Part shown: positions 8,776 to 19,279 of the stretch, in pieces | How positions within the stretch are numbered: the first letter of the stretch is position 1 | Layout of the letters: every line of letters begins with the position of its first letter | NCBI GenBank assembly: GCA_963695545.1 | Contig: OY968796.1 | Location: 96,001-160,000 of the forward strand | DNA length: 64,000 nt | Source of the DNA: Terriglobia bacterium | Lineage (GTDB): Bacteria > Acidobacteriota > Terriglobia > Acidiferrales > UBA7541 | Direction of reading: 5' to 3' | Program-made: the position numbers and the translations under genes | The notes under the pieces: model-generated | Database searches by the model: none | Seen by the model: only the letters and a program-made list of their open reading frames with translations | Told to the model about the DNA's origin: nothing

Positions 8776-10848
8776 TTATTGGAGGACGGCTTGGGGGATG
8801 CCGGAGGCGAGCAATTTTGCGAACTGGTCGGCGGGGACGGGGCGGCTGAAATAATAGCCCTGGGCCTCGTCGCAATCGTGGGCTTGGAGGAAGGCGAGTT
8901 CTTCGCGCGTTTCCACACCTTCGGCGACGACGCGCAGATTGAGATCGCGGCCCATGGAGATGATGGCGGTGACGATGGTGTTCTCGCCGGGAGCGGTGGA
9001 GATTTGGCGGATGAAGGATTGGTCGATCTTCAAGGAATCGATGGGAAATTTAGTGAGATAGCTCAAGCTGGAGTAGCCGGTGCCGAAATCGTCGACGGCG
9101 ACTTGCACGCCTTTGGCCCGGAGATTCGCGAGGATTGATTGGGTGGTGCCGACGCGCTTCATCAAAATGCTTTCGGTGAGTTCGAGCTCGAGAAATTTCG
9201 GATCGAGGCCGGATTGATCGAGAATGGCGAAGACGCCGTCGAGAAAATGGTCGTCGCGGAACATCACGGCGGAGATGTTCACGGACATCTTGGTTGCGAT
9301 CAGGCCGGAATCGGCCCAGGCGCGCGCCTGTTTGCAGGCTTCGCGAAGAACCCAATTGCCGATGGGCAAGATCAGGCCGCAATCTTCGGCAACGGGGATG
9401 AATTGCGCGGGAGAGACGAGGCCGCGCGTGGGATGCGTCCAACGGATCAAGGCTTCGGCTCCGGTGATCTCTCCGGAGCGCAGATCGATCATGGGCTGAT
9501 AGTGCAGAGCAAATTCGCGGCGCTCGAGGGCGCGGCGCAGACTCTCCTCGACGGATTGGCGCTCGACGGCGCGGACGTTCATCTCGGGCTTGAAGAATTG
9601 ATAGCGCTGGCGGCCGTGTTCTTTGGCTTGGTACATGGCGGTGTCCGCGTTCTTGATGAGCGTTTCGGCATCGAGCCCGTCGTCTGGATAAACGCTGACG
9701 CCGATGCAGGTGGTCAAGTGAAGTTCGTGGCCGCCGATGGAATAAGCGTCAGCGACAGATTGCAGAATTCTTTTCGCGCTGATGGCTACGCCCTCGGCAT
9801 GATCCACGGCCGAAAGCAACACGACGAATTCATCGCCGCCCTGGCGGCTCACGGTGTCCGAGGCACGCACGCAATCGACCAGGCGCTTGGCGATGGATTG
9901 AAGAAGCTGATCGCCGATCGGATGACCGAGGGAGTCGTTGATATGTTTGAAACCATCCAAATCCAAAAACAACACCGCGACTTTTTTCCCATGGCGCGGG
10001 GCGAGGGCGATGGCGCGGCTGACGCGATCATTGAGGAGCAGGCGGTTGGGCAAGCCAGTGAGAAAATCGTGTTGCGCGGAATGGGCCATCTCGAGCGCCA
10101 TGGCCCGGGCCGCACTGACGTCTCGAAAAACCAGGACGGTTCCGCTAAGCCGGCCTTCGGCATCATGGATCGTAGAGACGGAGTCTTCGATGGGAATCTG
10201 CAGGCCGTTGCGCGGAATGAGAATGCAGTTTGACGGCAGCTTCATGATTTGGTTTTGGCGGAGCGCCGACGCCATTGGAATCGGCGAGGTCTCGCGGGGC
10301 GAGGCGTGCAGGATGCGGAACACTTCGGCGACGGGCCGGCCGACGGCTTCTTCCCACACCCAGCCGGTCATTTTTTCGGCGACGGCGTTGAGGAAGGTGA
10401 TGTTGCCGGCGATGTCGGTGCAGATGACGGCGTCGCCGATGGAGTTGAGCGTGACCTGGGCGCGTTCCTTTTCGATGAACAGCGCCTGTTCCATGGCGAT
10501 GCGCGCGGCCTGTTCTGCGAGAAGAGCGGCGCCGGCATTGCGCACGGGGATTTCGATGCCCGCCGCATCTTGCGGCGCACGCTGAAGATTCTGCTTTCGC
10601 ACGCGGGGCCACGTCAGGACGGCGAAGAAGATTTCGGGGAGGAGCAGCCACGCGGACAGAGTGAAGAGCGCTAGTTCCAGCGCCGCGCTGTTTTTCATGG
10701 CGAGGACTCTGGGGAGGGCGGTGATCAGGAATTCCGTGTGGAACGCCCAACCGATCGCGACGAGGTATCCGAGGCCGGCCAGGCAGATGGCGGTCGCCGC
10801 GCAGTAGAGCCGCAGAAATGTGAGAAGACGGACGTTGGGCCTAGACAT
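8776..10848 (-). CDS. Membrane PAS-GGDEF-EAL diguanylate cyclase/phosphodiesterase
   Basis: N-terminal hydrophobic segments, PAS (TLNSIGDAVI), HDFLTGLPNR, GGDEF, EAL, DDFGTGYSSL. Confidence 0.93.
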   Translation of the reverse strand: MSRPNVRLLTFLRLYCAATAICLAGLGYLVAIGWAFHTEFLITALPRVLAMKNSAALELALFTLSAWLLLPEIFFAVLTWPRVRKQNLQRAPQDAAGIEIPVRNAGAALLAEQAARIAMEQALFIEKERAQVTLNSIGDAVICTDIAGNITFLNAVAEKMTGWVWEEAVGRPVAEVFRILHASPRETSPIPMASALRQNQIMKLPSNCILIPRNGLQIPIEDSVSTIHDAEGRLSGTVLVFRDVSAARAMALEMAHSAQHDFLTGLPNRLLLNDRVSRAIALAPRHGKKVAVLFLDLDGFKHINDSLGHPIGDQLLQSIAKRLVDCVRASDTVSRQGGDEFVVLLSAVDHAEGVAISAKRILQSVADAYSIGGHELHLTTCIGVSVYPDDGLDAETLIKNADTAMYQAKEHGRQRYQFFKPEMNVRAVERQSVEESLRRALERREFALHYQPMIDLRSGEITGAEALIRWTHPTRGLVSPAQFIPVAEDCGLILPIGNWVLREACKQARAWADSGLIATKMSVNISAVMFRDDHFLDGVFAILDQSGLDPKFLELELTESILMKRVGTTQSILANLRAKGVQVAVDDFGTGYSSLSYLTKFPIDSLKIDQSFIRQISTAPGENTIVTAIISMGRDLNLRVVAEGVETREELAFLQAHDCDEAQGYYFSRPVPADQFAKLLASGIPQAVLQ

Positions 10849-11084
10849 CGAAAATCCAGACAGTGATACCTGTGCACACGAGAGTTCCGATCTAAAGAGA
10901 GGGAGAAAAATCCAGGTGCCTTGCCAAGATTACTGAAGGGGAATCTATTGTGACGGAATGCGCGGGGTATTCAAGACAGATCGGCAGCTGGCGTGCCTAG
11001 TAGGCCATCCACGCTGACGAGGATCGTCATGCGCGGGAGCAGTGACTCGGGCACGAGCAAGAGCGACGGGCGGCGACGCCGCAG

Positions 11085-11279
11085 CTACTTGGAAATTTTA
11101 ATTTTGGGGAATTTGCGCCTGACCGCGGCGACGACGGCGGCGTGTTCCGGCTTTCCCGAGCTTCTGGCGAGGGCATCGCGCGCGTGAGCGGCGTCGGGGA
11201 TCGGATATTTTCTGTCGCGTTCTTCGGCGAAGTCGGACTTGGGGAGTCTTTTTCTGGCAGACGTGGTTAGTTTGGCCAT
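11085..11279 (-). CDS. Small basic protein, DUF6582-like
   Basis: AAGGAGG SD; RKYPIPDAAHARDALAR motif; 64 aa. Confidence 0.7.
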   Translation of the reverse strand: MAKLTTSARKRLPKSDFAEERDRKYPIPDAAHARDALARSSGKPEHAAVVAAVRRKFPKIKISK

Positions 11280-11431
11280 GATTGAGAATCCTCCTTCCTA
11301 TTTTAGCGCGCTCTTTTTACAGAGCCCGCACTCCTTAGATTGACTTAGCGGAAACTTCGGTGCGAACTTTTTCGGGCGCCCGACGGCGCTCCTGCGTCTC
11401 GACCGGTGCGCAACGCTGCCGCCATCAGGAT

Positions 11432-12514
11432 TCACGCGGCTTTGAGTGCCTTGCTCTTGGACGCGATGCCTTCGAGCAGATCATTCCACGATTTGACGAA
11501 GGAGGCGGCGCCTTCGTCCTGAAGTTGCGCGCCGAGGGCGTCAACGTCAATGCCGGCCTTGGCGAATTTGGCGAGCACTTCGTCAGAGAGATGAGCGCGC
11601 GAGAGCAAAGTGTCGCCGATGTCGGTCTGGTTGGAGAGGGCTTTCAGAGTGGCCTCGGGCATGGTGTTGACGGTGAAAGGCGAGGCGAGGGCTTCGATAT
11701 ACAAAGTGGGCGAGGCCTTCGGATCCTTGGTGCCGGTGCTGGCCCAGAGGACGCGCTGGTAACGCGCGCCGGCATTGAGGGTGCGCTGCCAGCGTGGTGA
11801 ATCGAGTAGCAAGCGGTAGGCTTTGTAGACCTGGCCGCCGATCGCGATGCCGAGTTGATTGTGCAGCGGCTCGGGGACTTTGCTGGCGACGGCGACGTCC
11901 CAGCGGCTGATGAACAGCGAAGCTACCGAGCCGACTTCGGGATTGAGGCCGGCGGCGATGCGGCGTTCGATGCCGCGCAGATAGGCTTCGGCGGCGGCGA
12001 CATATTGCGCGGTGGAGAAAAGGAGCGTGACGTTGATGGGCACACCGGCGAAGATGGCTTCCTCGATGGCGGGGAGGCCTTCGGGCGTGCCGGGGATCTT
12101 AATGAAAAGATTGGGGCGCGCGGCGCGAGCGTGAAGAGCTTTGGCCGCGGCGAGAGTACCGGCGGTATCGTGCGCGAGCAGGGGCGAGACTTCGAGGGAG
12201 ACCCAGCCGTCGACGCCGTTGGTGCCATCGTGGACGGGGCGAAACAAATCTGCGGCTTGGGCGAGGTCTTCGAGCGCGAGCTCGAAGAAGAGCGCCTCGC
12301 TCGATTTGCCGTCCTTCAATTTCTGGCGGATGGAGTCGTCGTAGTCGCGGCTGTTCTTGAGCGCGTTATCGAAAATTGTGGGGTTCGAGGTGAGGCCGGT
12401 GACGGAGAGCTCCTCGATATAACGGCGGAGCGTGCCGCTGGTCAATAGACCGCGGGTGATGTTATCGAGCCAGAGGCTCTGGCCGAAATCGTGAAGTTTC
12501 TGGGTGGCTTTCAT
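11432..12514 (-). CDS. tal: Transaldolase
   Basis: SLWLDN, GLTSNPTIF, VSLEVSP, FIKIP (Schiff-base Lys), NVTLLFS, WASTGTK. Confidence 0.95.
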   Translation of the reverse strand: MKATQKLHDFGQSLWLDNITRGLLTSGTLRRYIEELSVTGLTSNPTIFDNALKNSRDYDDSIRQKLKDGKSSEALFFELALEDLAQAADLFRPVHDGTNGVDGWVSLEVSPLLAHDTAGTLAAAKALHARAARPNLFIKIPGTPEGLPAIEEAIFAGVPINVTLLFSTAQYVAAAEAYLRGIERRIAAGLNPEVGSVASLFISRWDVAVASKVPEPLHNQLGIAIGGQVYKAYRLLLDSPRWQRTLNAGARYQRVLWASTGTKDPKASPTLYIEALASPFTVNTMPEATLKALSNQTDIGDTLLSRAHLSDEVLAKFAKAGIDVDALGAQLQDEGAASFVKSWNDLLEGIASKSKALKAA

Positions 12515-12847
12515 GATCGTATTCCTCCGACTCGCTTACTCTTTAGATGCGGTGATCGCCATGGTTGGCGCATGCTCACCGATGGCCTCGGCCTCGATCG
12601 GCCTGAATTCGATGCGGACGTATCTTGCCGCTAAATCGGTCGCATAGATTTTATGAATATCCCGGGGCTGGCTCAAGTAGAGAATTTTTTCGCGCTTGGC
12701 GGTATCCTTGGCGGACCCACATGAGGCATACAGCCAGCGCGCTCAGGAATTCCGCGTTCAAGAGTTTCTTAAGGCAATCGCATTCTATCAAAACGATTCG
12801 GAAAGATGCGGCGGGAGTAGTCACCGAAGCCAAGTTGGGAGCATCTT

Positions 12848-14308
12848 ATGCCTGTGTCGCGTTCCGCACAGAGACACGTTTTGAGCCGGCGCGTTCGTAG
12901 ACTGACGCCGAAGCGCGCGCTGCTGCTCGGCGCGATTTTGTTCAGCTGGAGTGCGGCGGCGTTTGCGCAAGACGCATCCGGATCGCAGGGAGCGAACCCG
13001 TATGCGGGCAGCGTGCCGGCAACGGCCACTCCGGGCGTGCTGCCGCTTTCGATGCTGGATGCGATCAATCAGGGATTGCGGCAGAATCTCGGCGTGCTTC
13101 TTTCCAACGCGAACACGGAATTGGCGCGGGGCGAACGCTGGGAGGAATTGAGCGCGCTGCTTCCGCACGCGACCGCGGAACCTTTGATCGATGCGTCGAA
13201 AGTAAATCTCGCCGAGGAAGGTCTTAGTAGTCTTCCCATCCCCGGACTCACATTGCCACGATCGATAGGGCCGTTTTCCTACTTTGACGCGCGTGCGAAC
13301 GTGACGCAGACGATTTTCGATTGGCAATCGATCAGCAATGTGCGTGCGGCGGGACAGAGCGTGAAGTCGTCGGAATTTTCGTATCAGGATGCGCGCGATT
13401 TGGTGGTGCTCGCCGTGGGCCTCACTTACTTGCAGGCAATCGCCGACGAGGCGCGCATTGAGTCGACGGAAGCGCAAGCGAACGCGGCGCAGGCGGTGTA
13501 CGACCAAGCGTCGGATCAGGTGAAGGCGGGAACGTCCGCGCCGATCGATGGCTTGCGGACAAAGGTAGAGTGGCAGACGCGGCAGCAGGAATTTATTCAA
13601 GCGACGAACGACTTTGCGGTCGAGAAGCTGGTGCTGGCGCGCGCGATTGGATTGCCGCCGGGACAGGAATTTGAACTGACGGACAAATCGCCGTACCAGC
13701 CGATCGAGGGGATGACGGTGGAAGCGGCGCTGACACGCGCTTACGCCTCGCGCGCGGATTATCAAGCGGCGCTGGCGGACCAGCGCGCCGCGGCGTATTC
13801 GCGGCAGGCCGCGGTGGCCGGCTACTTCCCTTCGCTGAATTTTTCGGCGGATTACGGAATAGGCGGAGAGCATCCTTCGACGGAGACGACCGTCGGCGAC
13901 GTGCGCGGAACGCTGATCATTCCGATCTTCGAGGGCGGCGTGGTGCACGGGGACATTCTGGTGGCCGACGCGAAACTCAAGCAAAGCCGCGAGCGCCTGG
14001 ATAACCTGCGGGCGCAGATCGATGCGGACGTGCGCACGGCGCTATTGAATCTGCAATCGTCGACGGATTTGGTCGAAGTGGCGCGAAGCAATGTGGATTT
14101 GGCGGACCAGACGCTGGCCCAGTCGCGCGATCGGTTCAGCGCGGGCGTGGCCGATTCGGTGGAAGTGGTGCAATCGGAAGAGGCCGTGGCCAGCGCACAC
14201 GATCAGTACATCGACAGTTTATTCAACGACGATAGCGCGAAGCTTTCTTTGGTGCGCGCGATGGGGATGGCGGAAGAAGGCGTGAAAGAATATTTCAAAG
14301 GACAATAG
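12848..14308 (+). CDS. TolC family outer membrane efflux protein
   Basis: Signal peptide, two OEP-like helical repeats; first gene of the efflux operon. Confidence 0.88.
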   Translation: MPVSRSAQRHVLSRRVRRLTPKRALLLGAILFSWSAAAFAQDASGSQGANPYAGSVPATATPGVLPLSMLDAINQGLRQNLGVLLSNANTELARGERWEELSALLPHATAEPLIDASKVNLAEEGLSSLPIPGLTLPRSIGPFSYFDARANVTQTIFDWQSISNVRAAGQSVKSSEFSYQDARDLVVLAVGLTYLQAIADEARIESTEAQANAAQAVYDQASDQVKAGTSAPIDGLRTKVEWQTRQQEFIQATNDFAVEKLVLARAIGLPPGQEFELTDKSPYQPIEGMTVEAALTRAYASRADYQAALADQRAAAYSRQAAVAGYFPSLNFSADYGIGGEHPSTETTVGDVRGTLIIPIFEGGVVHGDILVADAKLKQSRERLDNLRAQIDADVRTALLNLQSSTDLVEVARSNVDLADQTLAQSRDRFSAGVADSVEVVQSEEAVASAHDQYIDSLFNDDSAKLSLVRAMGMAEEGVKEYFKGQ

Positions 14309-14311
14309 ACC

Positions 14312-15592
14312 ATGGCCGAAGAGAATCCAGCCGATTCCGGGCCCAAGACGAACAAGGAATCCGCGCCGAGCACGCCGCCGCTGTCCGGCGCAGGGGCCGC
14401 GCCAGAAGTGCCGAAGCGGACTTCGCGCGCGAAGCGCCGCAGACTGCTTCTGATCGGCGCTGTGGCCGTGGTGGTGCTCGTCGTGGGCGGTATTCTGCTG
14501 TGGCTATACTTCAGCAGATACGAATCCACCGATGACGCGCAAGTTGACGTACATCTTTATCCGGTGAGCGCGCGCATTTCGGGATACGTGCTCAAGGTAA
14601 ATGTGGACGACAACCAGTGGGTGCAACAGGGCACGGTGCTGGTGGAAATCGATCCGAAAGATTACCAGGTCGCCGTCACGCAGGCGCAGGCGAATCTGGC
14701 GAGCGCGGAAGCAACCGCTCAATCGCTGAATATCACGATTCCGGTTACTTCCTCGAACACCGCCAGCGAAACAAAGGTCACAGCATCGGACGTGGCAACC
14801 TCCGATGCCGGGGTCATTGCGGCGGAGAAACAGGTTGCCGTGGCGCACGCTCAACTGGAGCAGGCCGAGGCCAACGACGTTAAGGCGCAAGACGACGTTC
14901 GCCGCTACAAGATGCTGATCGACAAGCAAGAAGTGGCCGAACAAATTTACGATTACGCCGTGGCCGCGGCCAAGGCCAGCGCGGCCACCGTCGCCGCAGC
15001 CCGAGCCAATGAGGGCGCCGCGGAGCAGGCCGTGGACCAGGCGCGGAGCCGGTTGGCGGGATCGGAAGCAAGCCATCAATCCGCCGCGGATACCGCGACG
15101 CAACAAGTGTCGTCGAGCCGCGATCGCGCGCGCGCGGCGCTGGCCGACGTGGAACAAAAACGCGCGGCGCTCGAACAGGCCGAACTGAACCTCCAGTACA
15201 CGGAAATCGTGGCGCCGGTGAGCGGCGAGGTGAACAAGACGGTTGTGGTTGGGATGAACGTGGAGGCGGGCCAGCAGTTGCTCACCGTCGTGCCTCTTGA
15301 TGAAGTTTGGATCACCGCGAATTTCAAGCAGACGCAGCTTAAGCACCTCCGACCGGGAGAGAGAGCGGAAATTCACGTGAGCTCGCTCGGCCGGACTTTC
15401 AAAGGCCACGTCGACAGCGTTGCGGGGGCCACGGGGCCGGTATTCAGTTTGCTTCCGCCGGAAAATGCCACGGGCAATTACGTCGAAATCGTCCAGAGGA
15501 TTCCGGTAAAGATCATTCTCGATCCGGGTGAAAACGCGGATCACCAGCTCCTGCCCGGCATGAACGTCACGCCCGACGTATACCTCAAATGA
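14312..15592 (+). CDS. HlyD/EmrA family membrane fusion protein
   Basis: N-terminal TM, ESTDDAQV, coiled coil, FSLLPPENATGNYV.IVQRIPV. Confidence 0.93.
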   Translation: MAEENPADSGPKTNKESAPSTPPLSGAGAAPEVPKRTSRAKRRRLLLIGAVAVVVLVVGGILLWLYFSRYESTDDAQVDVHLYPVSARISGYVLKVNVDDNQWVQQGTVLVEIDPKDYQVAVTQAQANLASAEATAQSLNITIPVTSSNTASETKVTASDVATSDAGVIAAEKQVAVAHAQLEQAEANDVKAQDDVRRYKMLIDKQEVAEQIYDYAVAAAKASAATVAAARANEGAAEQAVDQARSRLAGSEASHQSAADTATQQVSSSRDRARAALADVEQKRAALEQAELNLQYTEIVAPVSGEVNKTVVVGMNVEAGQQLLTVVPLDEVWITANFKQTQLKHLRPGERAEIHVSSLGRTFKGHVDSVAGATGPVFSLLPPENATGNYVEIVQRIPVKIILDPGENADHQLLPGMNVTPDVYLK

Positions 15593-17184
15593 GTTCCGCC
15601 GCGACCCTCACGGCCGACCAGGACATCTGGCGGCCCCAATTCAATCCCTGGCTGATTGCTGTGGTGGTGGCGCTGGCGGCATTCATGGAGGTGCTCGATA
15701 CGAGCATCGCCAACGTGGCGCTGCCTTACATGGCCGGAAGCCTGGGAGCCAGCAACGATCAGAGCACCTGGGTACTGACTTCTTATCTAGTGTCGAACGC
15801 GATCGTGCTGCCGATCAGCGGCTGGCTGGCAGGCACCTTTGGACGCAAGCGCTTTTTCATGACCTGCTTGGTGATATTCACGGTGAGCTCTTTGCTTTGT
15901 GGGATCGCGCCGAGTCTGGGCCTTCTTTTACTCTTCCGCGTGCTGCAAGGCGCGGGCGGAGGCGGTCTGCAGCCGATGGCCCAGGCGATTTTGGCGGACA
16001 CCTTTCCTCCGCAACAGCGAGGCTTGGCATTCGCACTGTATGGCATCACGACCATCATGGCGCCCACAATCGGGCCAACCCTGGGCGGCTGGATTACGTT
16101 CAACTATTCCTGGCGGTGGATATTTTTCATCAATCTTCCTGTGGGCGTGCTGGCAGTGTTTCTGGTCTATACCGTGGTTGAAGATCCGCCGTATTTGAAA
16201 CGTCTGCGCAACGCCGCCGTGAAGCTCGACTACATCGGCATCGCGCTGCTGATTCTGGGTGTCGGCGCGTTGCAGGTGCTGCTCGACAAGGGCCAGGAGG
16301 ATGACTGGTTCGGATCGCGCTTCATTACCACCCTGATCATCGTGTCGGTTGTCTCGCTGATCTCGCTGGTGATCTGGGAGTGGTATCAAAAGGCGCCCAT
16401 CGTGGACGTGCGCATGTTCAAGAGTTTCAATTTCGCCAGTTCAAGTTTGATGATGTTCGTATTGGGAATCATGCTGTTCAGCAGCCTGGTGATGATGCCG
16501 CAGTACCTGCAGATCTACCTGGGGTACACCTCCCAGGTCGCCGGCCTCGCGATTTCATTTGGAGGCGTCGCATTACTGATTGAAATGCCCATCATGGGCG
16601 TGCTGACAACGAAATTTCAGGCGCGCTACTTGATTGCCTTTGGCTGGGTGTGCCTGGCGCTGGCCATGTTCTATTCCACCAAGCGGATTGATTTGACGAT
16701 CAGCTTTAGTTCCGCGCTCTGGCTGCGCGTGGCGCAGGTGATTGGGCTTGGGTTCCTGTTCGTGCCGGTCACGCTGGTGGCTTACGTCGGAATTCCGGCG
16801 GAGAAGAACAACGCGATTTCCGGGATCATCAATTTCATGCGCAATATGGGAAGCAGCGTGGGGACGTCGATCGTCACGACGTTGATCGCGCGGCGTTCGC
16901 AATACCATCAGGAGATTTTGGGTGGTTATGCGACAGCCGGAAATCCAAACTTCACAAACTCAATAAATGGCCTGACCCAACATCTATCGCGCGCCGGATT
17001 GGGCGCGCATACCGCAAGGATTCAGGCCTACGCCAGGATTTACCAGGCCATCCAAGCGCAGGCAGGCACGCTGGCATATATCGATACATTCATGGTCCTT
17101 GCGATCGGAGCGTCGATCATGTTCTTTATATCTTTCGTCTTGAAAAAGAATGACCCAGGCGGGGGCAAGGTTGTCGCCGAGTGA
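15589..17184 (+). CDS. DHA2/EmrB family MFS efflux permease
   Basis: FMEVLDTSIANVALP, WVLTSYLV, WRWIFFINLP; ATGA overlap with the EmrA-like gene. Confidence 0.93.
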   Translation: MSSAATLTADQDIWRPQFNPWLIAVVVALAAFMEVLDTSIANVALPYMAGSLGASNDQSTWVLTSYLVSNAIVLPISGWLAGTFGRKRFFMTCLVIFTVSSLLCGIAPSLGLLLLFRVLQGAGGGGLQPMAQAILADTFPPQQRGLAFALYGITTIMAPTIGPTLGGWITFNYSWRWIFFINLPVGVLAVFLVYTVVEDPPYLKRLRNAAVKLDYIGIALLILGVGALQVLLDKGQEDDWFGSRFITTLIIVSVVSLISLVIWEWYQKAPIVDVRMFKSFNFASSSLMMFVLGIMLFSSLVMMPQYLQIYLGYTSQVAGLAISFGGVALLIEMPIMGVLTTKFQARYLIAFGWVCLALAMFYSTKRIDLTISFSSALWLRVAQVIGLGFLFVPVTLVAYVGIPAEKNNAISGIINFMRNMGSSVGTSIVTTLIARRSQYHQEILGGYATAGNPNFTNSINGLTQHLSRAGLGAHTARIQAYARIYQAIQAQAGTLAYIDTFMVLAIGASIMFFISFVLKKNDPGGGKVVAE

Positions 17185-17245
17185 GTGATGTAGAATCGCG
17201 GCGTCGGCAAATCGCCGCGCTGTAGGCAGCGGAACCGGGGAAACA

Positions 17246-17884
17246 ATGACGATAAGAATCGTGGCTGTGGAACGGGAGTACGGATGCGGTGGCGGAGAAA
17301 TCGCTCAGCAGCTTGCGCAGCACCTTGGCTGGAAACTTTGGGACCAAGCGCTGACGGAGGAGATCGCGCGGCTCGCGAGCTGCCCGAAGGCGGATGTCGA
17401 GCAGCGCGAGGAGCGAACCGATCCGCTCTACTACCGGCTATTCAAATCGTTTTTGCGCGGGAGTTACGAGGGGAGCCTGAACGCGCACAAGCTCAAGCTG
17501 CTGGATAGCGAAAGCATTTACGAATATACGGAGAGCGTGGTGCAGCGCGCGGCCAGCAGCGGGAATTGCGTGATCGTCGGAAGAGGATCGCAACTTTTTC
17601 TTCGCAAACGCCAGGACACGTTGCGCGTGTTTCTCTATGCTCCGCGAGAAGACAAAGTGCGGCGGCTACTCGCTCGCGGCAAAAGCGCGCATGAAGCGGA
17701 AGAGCTGGTGGACACCGTCGATCTGGAACGCGCGGCGTTCATCGCGAAATATTTCAAAGTTGAATGGCCAAGCCGCGCGGTCTATCACGCCATGATCAAT
17801 ACGGCTATCGGCGATGAGAACGTGATTAAGATGATCGTGGACATCATGAAAGCGGTCGATTCAAAATTGGCTGTCGGCGCATGA
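17246..17884 (+). CDS. Cytidylate kinase-like family protein
   Basis: VAVEREYGCGGGEIA variant P-loop, CVIVGRG, YHAMINT. Confidence 0.82.
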   Translation: MTIRIVAVEREYGCGGGEIAQQLAQHLGWKLWDQALTEEIARLASCPKADVEQREERTDPLYYRLFKSFLRGSYEGSLNAHKLKLLDSESIYEYTESVVQRAASSGNCVIVGRGSQLFLRKRQDTLRVFLYAPREDKVRRLLARGKSAHEAEELVDTVDLERAAFIAKYFKVEWPSRAVYHAMINTAIGDENVIKMIVDIMKAVDSKLAVGA

Positions 17885-17978
17885 GCCATCGCGGACCCAG
17901 CTGACGCGCCGCAGCGACCCTCGGATGCGAATCTTCCGTCTCGCTGATCGAGACAACCAACGGTCAGACGGATCTCCT

Positions 17979-18464
17979 TTACCGTGCGCTCCGTATCAAC
18001 AGCCCGAAGATTACAGCGTGCGACACCAAGAGGGGCGGCACGACCGCGGTCACGATATAGAAGCCTGCGCCCAGCGAGCCAGGCTCCAGACGGACGTGCG
18101 GGCCTTGATACATCGCGAACAACAAATCAGCCGCGCCCCAAACGTTGAATATCCACACCGCCGCAATTGCCCAGCCAGCCATATGAGCCAGCGCCACGGT
18201 GGCAATGATGGCCAGGATGCCGGCGACAAAGTCGCCGAACGCAGCGGGCATGGTCCATGCTTTCGGTAAAGAGCCGGAGACAACGCCCGGCACCAAAAAG
18301 CTAAGCCCAATAAAACGGAGAAACATGTGCGGCGCTACCAGCCAGATCAGCGCCTGCTCGGTGTTGCTGGCGCGAAGCCACGGCCATACAAAGAGCAGAG
18401 CGACCAGAATGGAACTCAGCAGGCTCATCAGAATGCTGAGCCCAAATGCGGCGCGCGGGTTCAT
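17979..18464 (-). CDS. Hypothetical membrane protein
   Basis: Several hydrophobic helices, H.FLRFIGLSFLVPGVV; GGAGG SD. Confidence 0.75.
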   Translation of the reverse strand: MNPRAAFGLSILMSLLSSILVALLFVWPWLRASNTEQALIWLVAPHMFLRFIGLSFLVPGVVSGSLPKAWTMPAAFGDFVAGILAIIATVALAHMAGWAIAAVWIFNVWGAADLLFAMYQGPHVRLEPGSLGAGFYIVTAVVPPLLVSHAVIFGLLIRSAR

Positions 18465-18601
18465 CGGCGGCCTCCTGACCCTGCCAGCGCGCTTTCGCGC
18501 GCCTGCGCGTTGCGCTTCTCGAGTCGCGGGAGAAGCGACTGCATGCGCTCATCGAAACTGATGAATTTCATTACTGTCGAGTGTTCAATCTGTTGCGCCA
18601 T
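18461..18601 (-). CDS. 46-aa small ORF missed by the ORF track (MAQQIEHSTV...GSGGRR)
   Basis: GGAG SD before the ATG at 18601; its TGA overlaps the next gene's ATG (ATGA). Confidence 0.45.
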   Translation of the reverse strand: MAQQIEHSTVMKFISFDERMQSLLPRLEKRNAQARESALAGSGGRR

Positions 18602-18658
18602 CGAATTGTCTCCATTGGATAAGAAAGATGTATGTACAGCTATTGCGCGAAAAAAGGG

Positions 18659-19111
18659 TCAGACCGCCGTGGATGCGCGGGTTACTCCGGAGAGCAGTAC
18701 GCCCACCTGGCTCCAGTGCGGTTCACCTAATCCCTTGTGCAAGCGTGTCTGTGCGCGGTCCCAATAGGGCTGGGATCGCTTCAACTTGTCTCGCCCTCCA
18801 GCAGTAAGTCGCAGAAGCCGGCGCCGGCGGTCGTCTCCCGTCTTCACGGCGATCCATCCGCGCTTCGTCAGGAGTCTCAGCATACGTGTCAAGCTCGTGG
18901 TGTCCAGCGCCAGCACCTTGCCCAAACCTCCTTGGGTAACTTCACCCGTGAGATCCAACGTCATCAGCAACGTAAACTGCGTCTGCTCCAGGCCGGTTGG
19001 TCGAAGCTCCCGGTTATACATTCGCGTAACCGCCCGCGCTGCGCGACGAAGGTTTGCGCACGCACAGGGCAGCATCGGCAACCGTCCTTCGGCTCGCGGC
19101 TTGCTCTTCAT
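18659..19111 (-). CDS. MarR family transcriptional regulator
   Basis: CACANLRRAARAVT, QFTLL, LDTTSLTR, DDRRRRLLRLT. Confidence 0.9.
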   Translation of the reverse strand: MKSKPRAEGRLPMLPCACANLRRAARAVTRMYNRELRPTGLEQTQFTLLMTLDLTGEVTQGGLGKVLALDTTSLTRMLRLLTKRGWIAVKTGDDRRRRLLRLTAGGRDKLKRSQPYWDRAQTRLHKGLGEPHWSQVGVLLSGVTRASTAV

Positions 19112-19122
19112 TCTCACAACAC

Positions 19123-19152
19123 ATGTATATACATATAATGTGGCGGCGTCAA
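19123..19152 (-). promoter_or_regulatory. marR promoter with palindromic operator ATGTATATACAT
   Basis: TTGACG -35 on the minus strand; perfect 12-bp palindrome 19123-19134 overlaps the -10 region. Confidence 0.6.
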
Positions 19153-19279
19153 GCGAAATCAGACGTCGGAACCTGGCCGGAACGTCCATTGAACAATTCG
19201 GCGCATGCGTAACGTCGATATTTCGCTTGCCGCTTTAGATTCCCGAGGACAATGCTTTAGAATGAACGCTATCCGGCGT

